From the NCBI GenBank assembly GCA_900552315.1, contig URZM01000001.1:1104-65103 (forward strand): a stretch of 64,000 nt of DNA, given 5' to 3'. Each line of letters opens with the position of its first letter. The first letter of the stretch is position 1. This document shows, piece after piece, positions 46,733 to 56,802 of the stretch. The DNA is from an uncultured Bacteroidales bacterium. GTDB lineage: Bacteria > Bacteroidota > Bacteroidia > Bacteroidales > Muribaculaceae. The notes under the pieces were generated by a model that did not search any database, had not been told where the DNA came from, and was given only the letters and a program-made list of their open reading frames with translations. The position numbers and the translations under genes are program-made.

Positions 46733-49700
46733 TTACATTGGTTTTATCATGGATTCGATGAAGGCGATTTCTTCATCGGAGAGATTGTATTTGGCATAGA
46801 GCTGACGGTCAATCTCCTCCACGCTCTTGCTCCAATCGATGTCGCTGCCTACCGTGAAGTCCTGCATCGGGACATTGGCCCAGGTATCTTTGGGGTTGTG
46901 TTGGGTGGCCTTTAATGTACCTAACATACACCTGGCAAATTTTGACTTGACGTATTTCAAACACGCGGATGCCTCCTGGGCATTGGCAAATTTGCCAATG
47001 CTTAGGAAGGTATCCGTGTGACCGATTACCGGCACGCCGATTACCGGCGTGCTGAGCACCTCGCCGATGGCACCTGTGCCATTAGCCTCCGGTACAAAAA
47101 TATTGTAAAAGTCGAGATATTCACATGGTTGCAGGTATTTAGAGTTTATCCAACGAATTTCTCGGCCTCCTTTTACGCGACCCATTATCTGAACTGCTTT
47201 GCCATCAATTTTTTGTTCTGAATCAACAAAAATTTCCGGCAAATTTTCAAAAGCGTTAGATGTAATCTTAGCGGCTGTACCTTTACCTTGAACTTCCGCT
47301 ATGCGGGGTATATTATTTATAGCATAATCTGAAAACCGGTATATGCCCTGAGAAGAAACTATCTGTGCAAAAGCACTGTGTACGAAATCTTTATGAGATT
47401 TGACTTTGTGCATGATCGAAACAAGTTGAGGGAACTCTGAGAAGAAACCAATGGGTCCAAAGTCTTTTGTTGAAACTCTAAGTCCGATAGCCACACCTCC
47501 TTTGATGTCGACAGTAGGAAATACCTCATTGGATTTTTGAAAATAATCCACGACTTTGAAATGAGGGTCGTTCAGCATCTTATTCATCCAGTCAGATGGG
47601 GTTTGACCAACTTTGAAAAGAAAACGCCCGGGTGTTATCAACGTTACGATTGGAGCCAGTCTGAATGCAGCATCATAAAAGAGGTGGTATATAGGAGCCT
47701 TTCGAGTGCTTTCTCCTTCTTCCTGATAAGGAGGGTTGCCGACTATTGCTTTGATTTTCACGTTCTTGCCTACAAGGTCATGGACTTTCTTGATAAATAG
47801 GTCCGGTTGGTTTTTGATTTTGTTGATTAAGTCTTCTGGTGCCCACATATTGGTTTCCCCTTTACGGAATCCAAGGAGGGTACGGTGGGTAATGGATTTA
47901 GCCATAGGTGTTTTGCAGATGACAAAGATGTTTTCTGCAACGGCTTTATCCCAAATGGTTTGATGTTCTTCGAGGGATTCCGGGGAGAACATCTCGTTGC
48001 GCAGACGCGCACGATAGATGTTATAGGCGAGGTAAAGGGGATATAGACCTGACTTTGAGTTTATCTCAAGAAGCGGGCTATCGGGGGCGAACACCTCGGC
48101 GGTAACATCGCCACGGTCAACAAAGCGTGGTTCCTCGATGGTATCCGAGAAATCATCGTTGAAGAACGTGTAGCCGCCGAGGCAGTCGCTCATGTGCATA
48201 TTTACCACTCGCCACGGAGTCAGGACGGTTTCCTTGTCGGGATTACGGAATGTGGCGAAGATAGCCGCGATACGCTCGATGCGTTCCTCGATACTGAGGC
48301 GGTCGGCGGCGCGAGCCATCTGTCGTATGCGCTTGGCGGAGGCAGTGAAGATGTCGGGGTCGTAATACTTCTTGAAGGCGTTGAAGCGTTGCTTGGTGAC
48401 ACCTTTCGGCATAAACTCCTCCCACGACTGCGGGTCAACAAGTTGGGTGAAATTGTCAATAGTCAGTTCTTCATCTTCATTTTCGACCTTGGCACCGTAA
48501 ATCATCAGCGGCATACGGATAGAGATACCGCGAAGAATAGAGATGGCATCCTCCTTGACTTTCTTCTTTTTCTTCAATTCTTCGAGGCGAGCCTTTTCCT
48601 CCTCGGTCAGTTCGCGTTTCTTTTTCTTTTCGAGCTTTTCCTTTTCCTCGTATTCTTCGTTGGTAAGGCCCTGGTCGTTGACTGTAATCTCGTTGGTCTT
48701 GCCCATTGCCTTAGTCTGACCGATAATGCCTTTCAGCTCGTCGAACTCCTTGATGTCAACGTCGGAGAGGCGCATCAGCTCGTCATTATAGAGATAGCCA
48801 TCCTCGAATCCATGCTGAACAACGCGCTCAACGTAAACACGTTTGAGCTGCTGAAGCATGTGCTCGGTGTTGAGCTGCTTCATCTGACTGCCCTCAATCG
48901 AGATAATCGGGCAGAAATTCAGGAACTCGCCGAGTTGCTGACGGTCTGATCCGGATTGCTTGCCCGCTTTAGTAGAAATCTTCGCTGTTTCGGCAAGCAC
49001 TTTGAGAGTGCGGTCGGGAGCGAAGTCAAACACATAACAGTCTTCCTTGACACGACCATTGATAGTTGCCGGAGTCTGCACTCGGAAGATGGTCTGCATA
49101 TATGCCGAAGCGGCGGTGTTGAAACTGCCCGACAGCATGAAGACCCCGGTCCACGGCTTGACGCTCACACCGGTAGTCAACCTGCCGCAAGAGAGCGTGA
49201 TAGTCCGTGTTTGGTCGGGGTCGGGACCGATGGCTTTCTCAACCTTTCGCAGAGCCTCCTCGTTGGCTTCTTCCTCATCTCCGTCACCGGCCACGTTGAC
49301 AATCTCGAACATCCCGAAAACAGGATGGTTGCGGAGCATACTCGAAAGAGCCTTTGCCGACTTGACTCCCGGCACCATCCAAAGGGTGTGACGGAAGATG
49401 TCGCGGTAGCGTTTGTTGGCAAAGGGGTACATACTTTCCTCGTCGGTCTTCGTGAGAAGATTGAGGAAGTTTTCGACATGCTTTTTGTGAACGAACTCGC
49501 CGGCATCGTTTGTGCGGAAGAACTCGCGGAAATTGAAGGCGATGTCCTCATTGGCAAACTCGTTCATCAGTCTGCCGAGGTCATAAGTGTAGATATTGAG
49601 GCGAGGCAGACCTGCGTAGGGATTATGGTCGCCGGGATGAGTAATGTCCCATTCGGCTTTGGCACGTTGCTCCATTACATAATCCCAGGTGTAAATTTCT

Positions 49701-50680
49701 TCCTCCTTGAAATCGTCAAGCAGGTTGAACGGTGTACCGCTGAGACGAAGCACCTTTGTTTTCTCTTTGGCAAGCTCGGCCATGACGGCCTTGCCAAGTT
49801 CCGTTTGCGTGCCTTCGTGGGCTTCATCAACAATGATGAGATCCCACGAGGTTGAGAAAATATTGTTGTTCTTGTTGAAGTTGCCACCAACAAGCTCCGA
49901 GCCTCGGAGGTCTTGCATCGAGGCGAAGTAAATGTAACGACATTCGCCACGTCGGGCACGACGTTCGAGGTTTACGAAGGTGTCGCCGTTGGTTTTGGAA
50001 CCATAAGCGTATTCGTCAGAGTCGTAGAATATCTTTTGGAAATCCTCGAACCAGCCCGCATCGACCACCGGGCGGTGAGTGAGGATAAGGACACGGCGAA
50101 AGTCGCCACGCTCCTTGACAACCTGCAACGCAGAGAGGGTTTTGCCAAAACGCATCTTGGCGTTCCAAAGCATCTGATTGCCTTTCTTGAATTGTTTGAG
50201 GGTCTTGTCGATGGCCTCGCGTTGCTCCGGACGGAACACGATGGGCGACTGGCTGACAGACACCTCAGATCCTTTCAGGGCTTTGCGGCCCTCCTTTACA
50301 GCGGAGATGGCACGTTTGGCGGTTTCGAGGTCGCAACAGAACCATTCGTTGGCACCTTTGACCTTGTCGAAAACCTTGCGTTTGATGCCGCTGCGGAGAA
50401 GCACATCGTGAACCTCCTTATCGTTGACGGCGGCTAACTTGCCGTCGCGCACGAAAATTGCAATTTCCGTGTGGAGCAATTCGTAAGTGATGCCGGCCGT
50501 TTTGGTGTACTGGTCGATTCGGGCCTTGGCAGCCTTGTTGAGCGCACTGCTGTTGGGCGGTAACGTAATGTTGCCGTCCTCAAAGGTAGCTTCGCCAATT
50601 TTCAGACAGTCGCTATGTGCCGCATCAGGTATGCGGAACACATAAATCAACTTGGCTTTAAGGTTAGAGAAATATTCCAT
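46733..50680 (-). CDS. Single-chain restriction-modification enzyme: T5orf172/GIY-YIG-like nuclease, SF2 helicase, Eco57I-like adenine MTase and TRD
   Basis: IYVF...LKIG...EWF nuclease; NAKMRFGKT, DEAH and LSGTP helicase motifs; EINSKSGLY and GNPPYQ MTase motifs; C-terminal IDRQLYAKYNLSDEEI. Confidence 0.85.
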   Translation of the reverse strand: MEYFSNLKAKLIYVFRIPDAAHSDCLKIGEATFEDGNITLPPNSSALNKAAKARIDQYTKTAGITYELLHTEIAIFVRDGKLAAVNDKEVHDVLLRSGIKRKVFDKVKGANEWFCCDLETAKRAISAVKEGRKALKGSEVSVSQSPIVFRPEQREAIDKTLKQFKKGNQMLWNAKMRFGKTLSALQVVKERGDFRRVLILTHRPVVDAGWFEDFQKIFYDSDEYAYGSKTNGDTFVNLERRARRGECRYIYFASMQDLRGSELVGGNFNKNNNIFSTSWDLIIVDEAHEGTQTELGKAVMAELAKEKTKVLRLSGTPFNLLDDFKEEEIYTWDYVMEQRAKAEWDITHPGDHNPYAGLPRLNIYTYDLGRLMNEFANEDIAFNFREFFRTNDAGEFVHKKHVENFLNLLTKTDEESMYPFANKRYRDIFRHTLWMVPGVKSAKALSSMLRNHPVFGMFEIVNVAGDGDEEEANEEALRKVEKAIGPDPDQTRTITLSCGRLTTGVSVKPWTGVFMLSGSFNTAASAYMQTIFRVQTPATINGRVKEDCYVFDFAPDRTLKVLAETAKISTKAGKQSGSDRQQLGEFLNFCPIISIEGSQMKQLNTEHMLQQLKRVYVERVVQHGFEDGYLYNDELMRLSDVDIKEFDELKGIIGQTKAMGKTNEITVNDQGLTNEEYEEKEKLEKKKKRELTEEEKARLEELKKKKKVKEDAISILRGISIRMPLMIYGAKVENEDEELTIDNFTQLVDPQSWEEFMPKGVTKQRFNAFKKYYDPDIFTASAKRIRQMARAADRLSIEERIERIAAIFATFRNPDKETVLTPWRVVNMHMSDCLGGYTFFNDDFSDTIEEPRFVDRGDVTAEVFAPDSPLLEINSKSGLYPLYLAYNIYRARLRNEMFSPESLEEHQTIWDKAVAENIFVICKTPMAKSITHRTLLGFRKGETNMWAPEDLINKIKNQPDLFIKKVHDLVGKNVKIKAIVGNPPYQEEGESTRKAPIYHLFYDAAFRLAPIVTLITPGRFLFKVGQTPSDWMNKMLNDPHFKVVDYFQKSNEVFPTVDIKGGVAIGLRVSTKDFGPIGFFSEFPQLVSIMHKVKSHKDFVHSAFAQIVSSQGIYRFSDYAINNIPRIAEVQGKGTAAKITSNAFENLPEIFVDSEQKIDGKAVQIMGRVKGGREIRWINSKYLQPCEYLDFYNIFVPEANGTGAIGEVLSTPVIGVPVIGHTDTFLSIGKFANAQEASACLKYVKSKFARCMLGTLKATQHNPKDTWANVPMQDFTVGSDIDWSKSVEEIDRQLYAKYNLSDEEIAFIESMIKPM
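47022..47048. repeat. 12-bp direct repeat (period 15) inside the R-M specificity region
   Basis: ccgattaccggc at 47022-47033 and 47037-47048, encoding PVIG-V-PVIG. Confidence 0.85.
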
Positions 50681-50686
50681 GGCCGA

Positions 50687-51691
50687 TTATTTGATTAGGT
50701 CGATGAATCGGATTTTTTGCTTAGCCTTTGGAGCGCCCCAGTCTTTAATGAGGACGTATGTTCCGTTATGGGCGCGGATGTCACCGTTCTTGCATCCCTG
50801 GCATTGGGTAATTGTTTCGGTCTCTCCGAAAAGGTCAGTCACAACAGTGCGACGTTCGCCGCACGAATTGGGGATGACACCTTTGAGGCCGTCCATCTGC
50901 CATATATTCCACGATATGATGTAGGCGATATATTGGATGGATTTGAGTAGCGGGTCCTTGCCGAATTTAGCACGGTAGTAGTCCAAGAATGTATAGAGCA
51001 GCGCTTCGCGGGCGAGAACGAGGTTGTCGCCTTGCCACTCAAAGCCATAAATGCTCATATAAGCGGCTTGTGCCGCTTTGAGCCATTCACCGCTTGTGGT
51101 GGTGTTTTCACCGACAACGCGGAGTTTTCGGTCAAGAAATCCGATACGACGCTCTACGGGGATAGGTTCGCCTGTTACGGTGTCGTATCGGCTTGCCAAG
51201 TATGGGGCCTCGCCGCAAGTAATTTCGAGGCGGTTTTCATGGACGTAGTCTCGCCAAGTCTTGCCTTCCGGGAAAGCCACAGGCTCGGCATTGACAATCC
51301 ATGAGTGGGTGCCGTCGGGGTTGTCAATCTCGGTATTGAAAACGCCCTCGCGACCGAACCAGGCATTGTCAACGAGATTGTTCTGCTTGTTGCATATCCA
51401 TGAGGGAGTGAACACCTCGGCCATCTCGCGGCTGCGCTGTTGTTGCTGCTCGCGGGATTTTATAGCTCTCGGTACAATTATGTTGCCTTTGAGGCCTGTG
51501 ATGGATTCAATCTTGATTTGGTCGCTATACTGATATCCGTCTCCGCGGTCGGCGTAATTGTCGGTGGCCCAGAAAATGTTTACCTGCTCAGTATCATTGC
51601 TTAAAGTATGGTCTTTAAGCAATGTGTTGAGCAGTTCGGGCGAAAGCTCGAATATTCCATTTTCCTTTATGTCCACTTGCGGGTCAGTCAT
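50687..51691 (-). CDS. Methyltransferase-like R-M accessory subunit
   Basis: AEVFTPSW, LEITCGEAPY (SAM-binding motif I-like), YGFEWQGDN and WNIWQMDGL; no NPPY motif. Confidence 0.75.
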   Translation of the reverse strand: MTDPQVDIKENGIFELSPELLNTLLKDHTLSNDTEQVNIFWATDNYADRGDGYQYSDQIKIESITGLKGNIIVPRAIKSREQQQQRSREMAEVFTPSWICNKQNNLVDNAWFGREGVFNTEIDNPDGTHSWIVNAEPVAFPEGKTWRDYVHENRLEITCGEAPYLASRYDTVTGEPIPVERRIGFLDRKLRVVGENTTTSGEWLKAAQAAYMSIYGFEWQGDNLVLAREALLYTFLDYYRAKFGKDPLLKSIQYIAYIISWNIWQMDGLKGVIPNSCGERRTVVTDLFGETETITQCQGCKNGDIRAHNGTYVLIKDWGAPKAKQKIRFIDLIK

Positions 51692-51834
51692 ACATAAAAA
51701 CTCCAAGGACAGTTATCTGAGGGCTGGCCGAACCGACAACAACTGCTTGAGAGTTTAGTGTTTTGATTGGTTTGGCGGCATCGTTGCCTGAGGGTTAAAC
51801 TGTTTGCCGTCGGGTTGATGGTGAAAAGTATATC

Positions 51835-52512
51835 TCAGAAATCGTAGCCTACGGTGAAGGTCCAGGCTTTGTTGCGGCCTTCGTAATGATTCCAGACATT
51901 GCAGGCTCCGCATTCGTAATGTATGCCGAGGTAATAGTGGTCAAACACCTGGAGGCCGGTACCCATCTTGAAACCGAAGTCGAATTTCTTGCGGTTGTCG
52001 TAATAGCCGTCGGAGTAGGCACGGGTCTCCATGCCTATTTCCTGGGTGCCCTTGTCGGAGCCTGAGAGGCCGAAATTGAAATACGGACCGAACTCTATGC
52101 TCCATACCAGCGACTCGGAGGGGTGCATCTTGAAGATACCCATCACCGGCACCTGGAATGAGCGGCAGAGGGTGTGTCCGTATTCATGCACGTTTGGCAT
52201 CCCCTCTTCGGGGTGGTGTATCACGTAGCTGTAGTTGTGGCTTCGGCTCTGGAAGAAGAAGCCAGGCTGCAGGCTTACCGAGTTGTTGAAATTGAGGTTG
52301 GCCACCACGCCCGCGTCAAAGCCGGTGCCCCATGAGTCGAGGTTGGCGGCCGAGCCTTTGTCGGTACGCGTGGCGTTGGAGGTGTTGAATCCCGTGCGTA
52401 CGCCGAAGGACAGGAGCCTGTCGGGTTCACTGGTGTCTACCCATTCCTGGGACATGCCTGTGGCGAAGCCGCAGAGGCCGAGCAGGGCGGCGGCAAGTTG
52501 TCTGATTCTCAT
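51835..52512 (-). CDS. Outer-membrane beta-barrel (porin family) protein
   Basis: Signal peptide, FGVRTGFNTS, GPYFNFG and terminal VGYDF beta-signal. Confidence 0.8.
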   Translation of the reverse strand: MRIRQLAAALLGLCGFATGMSQEWVDTSEPDRLLSFGVRTGFNTSNATRTDKGSAANLDSWGTGFDAGVVANLNFNNSVSLQPGFFFQSRSHNYSYVIHHPEEGMPNVHEYGHTLCRSFQVPVMGIFKMHPSESLVWSIEFGPYFNFGLSGSDKGTQEIGMETRAYSDGYYDNRKKFDFGFKMGTGLQVFDHYYLGIHYECGACNVWNHYEGRNKAWTFTVGYDF

Positions 52513-52525
52513 GACAATAGGTCTG

Positions 52526-53605
52526 TTATTTAAGTTTTGAGGCAGATGGGTCGCAGCGCAGTACAAGCATCGCGTCGCCGTAAGCCCCGAATTTGTAGCC
52601 CTCCTTTATTGCGATCTCGTAGGCCTTCATCACCAGGTCGTATCCGCCGAAGGCCGCGACCATCATGAGCATGGTGGAGTAGGGGAGGTGGAAATTGGAC
52701 ACCATGGAGGTGCATACCGAGAAATCGTAGGGAGGGAAGATGAATTTGTTGGTCCAGCCTTTTGTGGGCATTATGTGTCCGTTCATGCAGACGGAGGATG
52801 CTATGGCCCTCATCACCGAGGTGCCCACGGCGCAGACGGCGGACCCACGGTCCTTGGCGTCGTTGATGATGTCCACCAGGTCGCCGCTCACCTCCATGTC
52901 CTCCGAGTCCATGCGGTGCTTGGTCAGGTCCTCCACGTCTATCTCGCGGTAATTGCCGCGCCCCGAGTGCAGGGTCAGGAAAGCGCGCTCCACACCTTTT
53001 ATTTCCAGGCGTTTCATCACTTCGCGGCTGAAATGCAGCCCGGCTGCGGGAGCTACCACGGCGCCTTCGTTTGCCGCGAATATGCATTGGTAGTTCTCCT
53101 CGTCGGCAGGCTCGGCCGGACGCTTTATGTAATCAGGCAGCGGTGTCTGCCCCAGCTCATAGAGCGCCTTCTTGAACTCGTCGTGCGGCCCGTCGTACAG
53201 GAATCGGAGCGTGCGGCCACGCGAGGTGGTGTTGTCTATCACCTCTGCCACCATGCTGTCGTCCTCGCCGAAATAGAGCTTGTTGCCGATGCGTATCTTG
53301 CGAGCGGGCTCCACGAGCACGTCCCAGAATTTGTTGTCCGCGTTCAGCTCGCGGAGCAGGAACACCTCGATGCGTGCCCCGGTCTTCTCCTTGTTGCCGA
53401 ACAGGCGCGCCGGGAACACCTTGGTGTCGTTGAAGACCATCACGTCGCCTTCATCGAAATAGTTGATTATCTCTTTGAATGAGTGGTGCTCGATCTCGCC
53501 GGTCATGGAGTTGACCACCATCATGCGGCACTCGTCGCGATGCTTGGCGGGATACTGGGCTATGAGATTTTCAGGAAGATTGAATTTGAATTGTGAGAGT
53601 TTCAT
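52526..53605 (-). CDS. queA: S-adenosylmethionine:tRNA ribosyltransferase-isomerase
   Basis: [28 protein letters not shown] and YGDAML motifs. Confidence 0.96.
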   Translation of the reverse strand: MKLSQFKFNLPENLIAQYPAKHRDECRMMVVNSMTGEIEHHSFKEIINYFDEGDVMVFNDTKVFPARLFGNKEKTGARIEVFLLRELNADNKFWDVLVEPARKIRIGNKLYFGEDDSMVAEVIDNTTSRGRTLRFLYDGPHDEFKKALYELGQTPLPDYIKRPAEPADEENYQCIFAANEGAVVAPAAGLHFSREVMKRLEIKGVERAFLTLHSGRGNYREIDVEDLTKHRMDSEDMEVSGDLVDIINDAKDRGSAVCAVGTSVMRAIASSVCMNGHIMPTKGWTNKFIFPPYDFSVCTSMVSNFHLPYSTMLMMVAAFGGYDLVMKAYEIAIKEGYKFGAYGDAMLVLRCDPSASKLK

Positions 53606-54375
53606 ATTCCTTGAGGTTGGTTTTCATCATTGTTGTCGCGGGGCCGGAGCCTGCATTTCTCGGGAATCGGGTATCCGTCGGGGAACTCCAGCGGGGCTGA
53701 CCATATCAGGTCTATGGCCTGTCTTACGCTCAGTGCGTGGCTCAGGGCATGGTCGCCCACGCGGGTGCGCCGCAGGGCCGTGAGGTGCGCCCCGCTGCCC
53801 AGGGCTGCTCCGATGTCGCGTGCCAGGGCGCGTATGTAGGTGCCCTTGCTGCACACCACGCGCACTCGTATCACCGGTGGACGGAAATCGAGCAGCTCCA
53901 TCTCGTCTATCACCAGGGGCTTTGCCTTCAGCTCCGGTTCCTCGCCCTTGCGCGCGAAGCGGTAGGCGCGCTTGCCGTCTACTTTCACGGCCGAGAATAC
54001 GGGGGGCACCTGCATGATGTCTCCGGTGAAACGCTCCAGCACCTCCCTCACCATGGACTCGGTGACATGTTCCCACGGATACAGCGCGTCTATCTGCTTC
54101 TCCAGGTCGAAGCTCGGCGTGGTGGCCCCGAGACGCAGCGTGGCCACGTACTCCTTTCGTCCGGACTGCAGCTCCTCTATGAGTTTCGTGGCGCGTCCGG
54201 TGCATACTATGAGCACGCCAGTGGCCAAGGGGTCGAGGGTGCCGGCATGTCCCACCTTCACCTTTTTAAGCCCCAACCGCCGGCTCAGGGCTCCGCGAAG
54301 GCGCTTCACCGCGTCAAACGATGTCCACCCCAGCGGTTTGTCCACACATATCGTCTCTCCGCTTATGAAATCCAT
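53602..54375 (-). CDS. truB: tRNA pseudouridine(55) synthase
   Basis: [22 protein letters not shown] and [13 protein letters not shown] motifs. Confidence 0.96.
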   Translation of the reverse strand: MDFISGETICVDKPLGWTSFDAVKRLRGALSRRLGLKKVKVGHAGTLDPLATGVLIVCTGRATKLIEELQSGRKEYVATLRLGATTPSFDLEKQIDALYPWEHVTESMVREVLERFTGDIMQVPPVFSAVKVDGKRAYRFARKGEEPELKAKPLVIDEMELLDFRPPVIRVRVVCSKGTYIRALARDIGAALGSGAHLTALRRTRVGDHALSHALSVRQAIDLIWSAPLEFPDGYPIPEKCRLRPRDNNDENQPQGI

Positions 54376-54428
54376 AAGTAAGTTTTCAAATTTAAACGAT
54401 ATTAGCAAGTGGTCTTTGATTTTTATCT

Positions 54429-54548
54429 TTTATACTGTGTACGGCTTCTTTTTGGTCGTTTGTGCCTTGTCGCTCAGTCGCATACGCCTGTATGCTCCTT
54501 CGCTCCGCAGCCCACTCGACTCAAAAACAACCTCGCACAAAGTATAAA
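54429..54548. repeat. 120-bp imperfect palindromic MITE/REP-like element
   Basis: Terminal inverted repeat tttatact/agtataaa, inner arms tttttggtcg/cgactcaaaaa, central gcatac-gcct-gtatgc hairpin. Confidence 0.6.
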
Positions 54549-54638
54549 TTAAATTTGAACACTTACTTATCTTTTTTCAGGCTCGGTATGAGTTTTCATT
54601 TGCAGGAGCCGCGCCACATACGGGCAGCCCCTTGGATG

Positions 54639-55475
54639 TCAATGCCATATCAGGCAGAGAGTGCCCACTGCCACGCAATACACGGCGAACCATATCAGTT
54701 TCCCTTTCTTCACAAGCGAGATCATCCACTTGCATGCGGCGCATCCTACCAGGAACGCGCTCGCGAAACCGATGAGCATGGCTGTGGCTCCCACCGATCC
54801 GCCGGCCTGCTGTCCGGCCCCGGCGCTCATCATCTTCGCCAGGTCGAGCAGCACCTCGCCCACTATGGGTATTATGACCATCACGAAGGAGAAGGTGGCC
54901 ACCTGGTCGCGTTTGTCGCCCAACAGTATGCCGGTGGCTATGGTGGTACCCGAACGGCTCAGGCCCGGCAACACGGCCACGGCCTGGCCGCAGCCTATGA
55001 TGAACGAGTCGAGCCAGGATATGTCGCGTCCCTTGTCGGCAGGGCGGGGCAGGCCGGTCTTGCGGTCTATGCCGCTGTAGTACGCGAAAGCGAGCAGCGC
55101 TGCGGTGGCCAGCAGGCAGCAGCCCACCACCACCAGTCCCTCGCCGAAGATTTCCTCCACATAGTCCTTGAAGAACACTCCCACTATCCCTACCGGGATG
55201 CAGCTCACCAGCACCTTGCACACATATTTGAAATCAGGTCCGCCGTCGAAGCGGAAGAAGCCGCGCGTCAGCCGCTTGAACATGGGGAGCAAGATCACTA
55301 CCGTGGACAGCACGGTGGCGGCATGCACCATCACGTCGAACTGCAATGTCTGGTCCACAGGCAGGTCTACGCCCAATATCTCGCGGAAAATGGCCAGATG
55401 GCCGCTGGAGCTGATGGGTAGATACTCCGACGCGCCCTGAACTATTCCCAGGATGAGTGCCGAAAGCCAATCCAT
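54639..55475 (-). CDS. uppP: Undecaprenyl-diphosphate phosphatase
   Basis: GIVQGASEYLPISSSGH and PGLSRSGTTI motifs. Confidence 0.95.
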   Translation of the reverse strand: MDWLSALILGIVQGASEYLPISSSGHLAIFREILGVDLPVDQTLQFDVMVHAATVLSTVVILLPMFKRLTRGFFRFDGGPDFKYVCKVLVSCIPVGIVGVFFKDYVEEIFGEGLVVVGCCLLATAALLAFAYYSGIDRKTGLPRPADKGRDISWLDSFIIGCGQAVAVLPGLSRSGTTIATGILLGDKRDQVATFSFVMVIIPIVGEVLLDLAKMMSAGAGQQAGGSVGATAMLIGFASAFLVGCAACKWMISLVKKGKLIWFAVYCVAVGTLCLIWH

Positions 55476-55741
55476 CAAGCCTTGTTGTTTTTAGGTGTGT
55501 ACAGTATGGCGAAGGCCATGGCCACGAAGCCTAAGAAGGCTATGGCCGGCCCTATCACTATGCGGCGGGTGGAGAATATGTCGGCGTTGAACTCGGCGCC
55601 CTCGCCGTTGGCCGATCCGGTCATGAGCAGGAAACCGGCCACTATCATGAGCAGGGAGACGCCCATGAATATGAAATTCTTCTTCACGAAAGGCCTGCGT
55701 GCGTCTGCCTCGGCCCTGTCTGTCTTTATCTCTGTGTTCAT
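55475..55741 (-). CDS. DUF3098 family small membrane protein
   Basis: KKNFIFM...GFLLM...FNADIFSTRRI; lies between ftsX and uppP. Confidence 0.8.
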   Translation of the reverse strand: MNTEIKTDRAEADARRPFVKKNFIFMGVSLLMIVAGFLLMTGSANGEGAEFNADIFSTRRIVIGPAIAFLGFVAMAFAILYTPKNNKA

Positions 55742-55757
55742 AATCTCTATCGGGAAA

Positions 55758-56639
55758 TCAAGTGAAAAGTTCGTCGTAGTCTTTGTGGAGGTAGCGGCTG
55801 GTGGCTATGAAAGCGGCCAAGGCGCACAATGCGCCCCCGGCCACCACCACGCCCACGCATGTGAGGGCCACCTCGGGCAGGCTCAGATAGTTGCGCAACT
55901 CCGGCATCTGAGTCTGCTGCACGAAGCCTACCGCAGCGCTGAGTATGGCCGCCGCGAATATCCCTGCCAGAACGCCGGCGCCTGTATTGCTCATGATGAA
56001 CGGTCGGCGGATGAAGCCCGGTGTGGCGCCCACAAGCTGCATGGTGTGTATGGTGAAGCGGCGCGAGTAGATGGTCAGCAGCACGGTGTTATTTATCAGC
56101 ACGAAGGAGATGGCTATCATGGCGGCCGCGACTATGCCGAGCACAAGCAGCGCCCTGGAGAAGAGGGAGTCCATAGTGCTGATGACGTGCGCGTCAGGCA
56201 CCACGACCTGGTCTACGCCCGGAGTGGCGGCAAGCCGCTTCTGCAGCTGCGCTATGGAGTCGGGCGAGGTATAGGCTGCCGTGAGAGAGATGTCTATCTC
56301 TGGCGTGAAGAAATTGTAGCCGGCTATCGCCTCCACGTCATCGTCGGTGGACGCGTTCCAGTCGGCCAGCGCCTGTTCCTTGGTTATGACGGAGATGGTG
56401 TGCGCGTACGGGCGCTTCCTGAGCTGCTCGGCCAGGGCGCTCGCCTGCTCGTTGCTCACCGAATCCTGCATGACGAGGCTCACCTGTTGCTGCTGCTTCA
56501 CCTCCCGTGCCGTGTTGGATGCTCCCAGTCCAAGCAGGCAGATGGCTCCTGTCAGCACCAGAAGCATGGTCACGCTCACTATGGTGGTGAGATGCGCTGC
56601 CCAGTATGAAATCTTCACATCCTTGCCTTTTTTGCTCAT
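55758..56639 (-). CDS. ftsX: Cell-division permease FtsX
   Basis: LINNTVLLTIYSRRFTIHTMQLVGATPGFIRRPF. Confidence 0.9.
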   Translation of the reverse strand: MSKKGKDVKISYWAAHLTTIVSVTMLLVLTGAICLLGLGASNTAREVKQQQQVSLVMQDSVSNEQASALAEQLRKRPYAHTISVITKEQALADWNASTDDDVEAIAGYNFFTPEIDISLTAAYTSPDSIAQLQKRLAATPGVDQVVVPDAHVISTMDSLFSRALLVLGIVAAAMIAISFVLINNTVLLTIYSRRFTIHTMQLVGATPGFIRRPFIMSNTGAGVLAGIFAAAILSAAVGFVQQTQMPELRNYLSLPEVALTCVGVVVAGGALCALAAFIATSRYLHKDYDELFT

Positions 56640-56802
56640 AGTCATAAAGTTGAGAGCCGCACCATGGCCGTTTCGGACATGCCGCCACTTTCCATGGTGC
56701 AAAGTTAATAAATCAGCACCCCCTTTGTCAACCCTTTCGCCTACTTTTTTTCAAAAAAACATGCTCCGGCTGCATGGAGGGGTCGCAAGGCAATCAGAGG
56801 AT

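Larger units (their letters stand above)
44850..51830. mobile_element. AT-richer horizontally acquired defence island, no integrase seen; boundaries approximate
   Basis: Codon usage and composition shift relative to the flanks; three co-oriented defence-type genes between greA and an OMP gene. Confidence 0.6.

Noticed and set aside
44850..51830. Intact prophage, ICE or IS element
   Set aside because: No integrase, transposase, relaxase or flanking direct repeats were seen; kept only as a compositional island.
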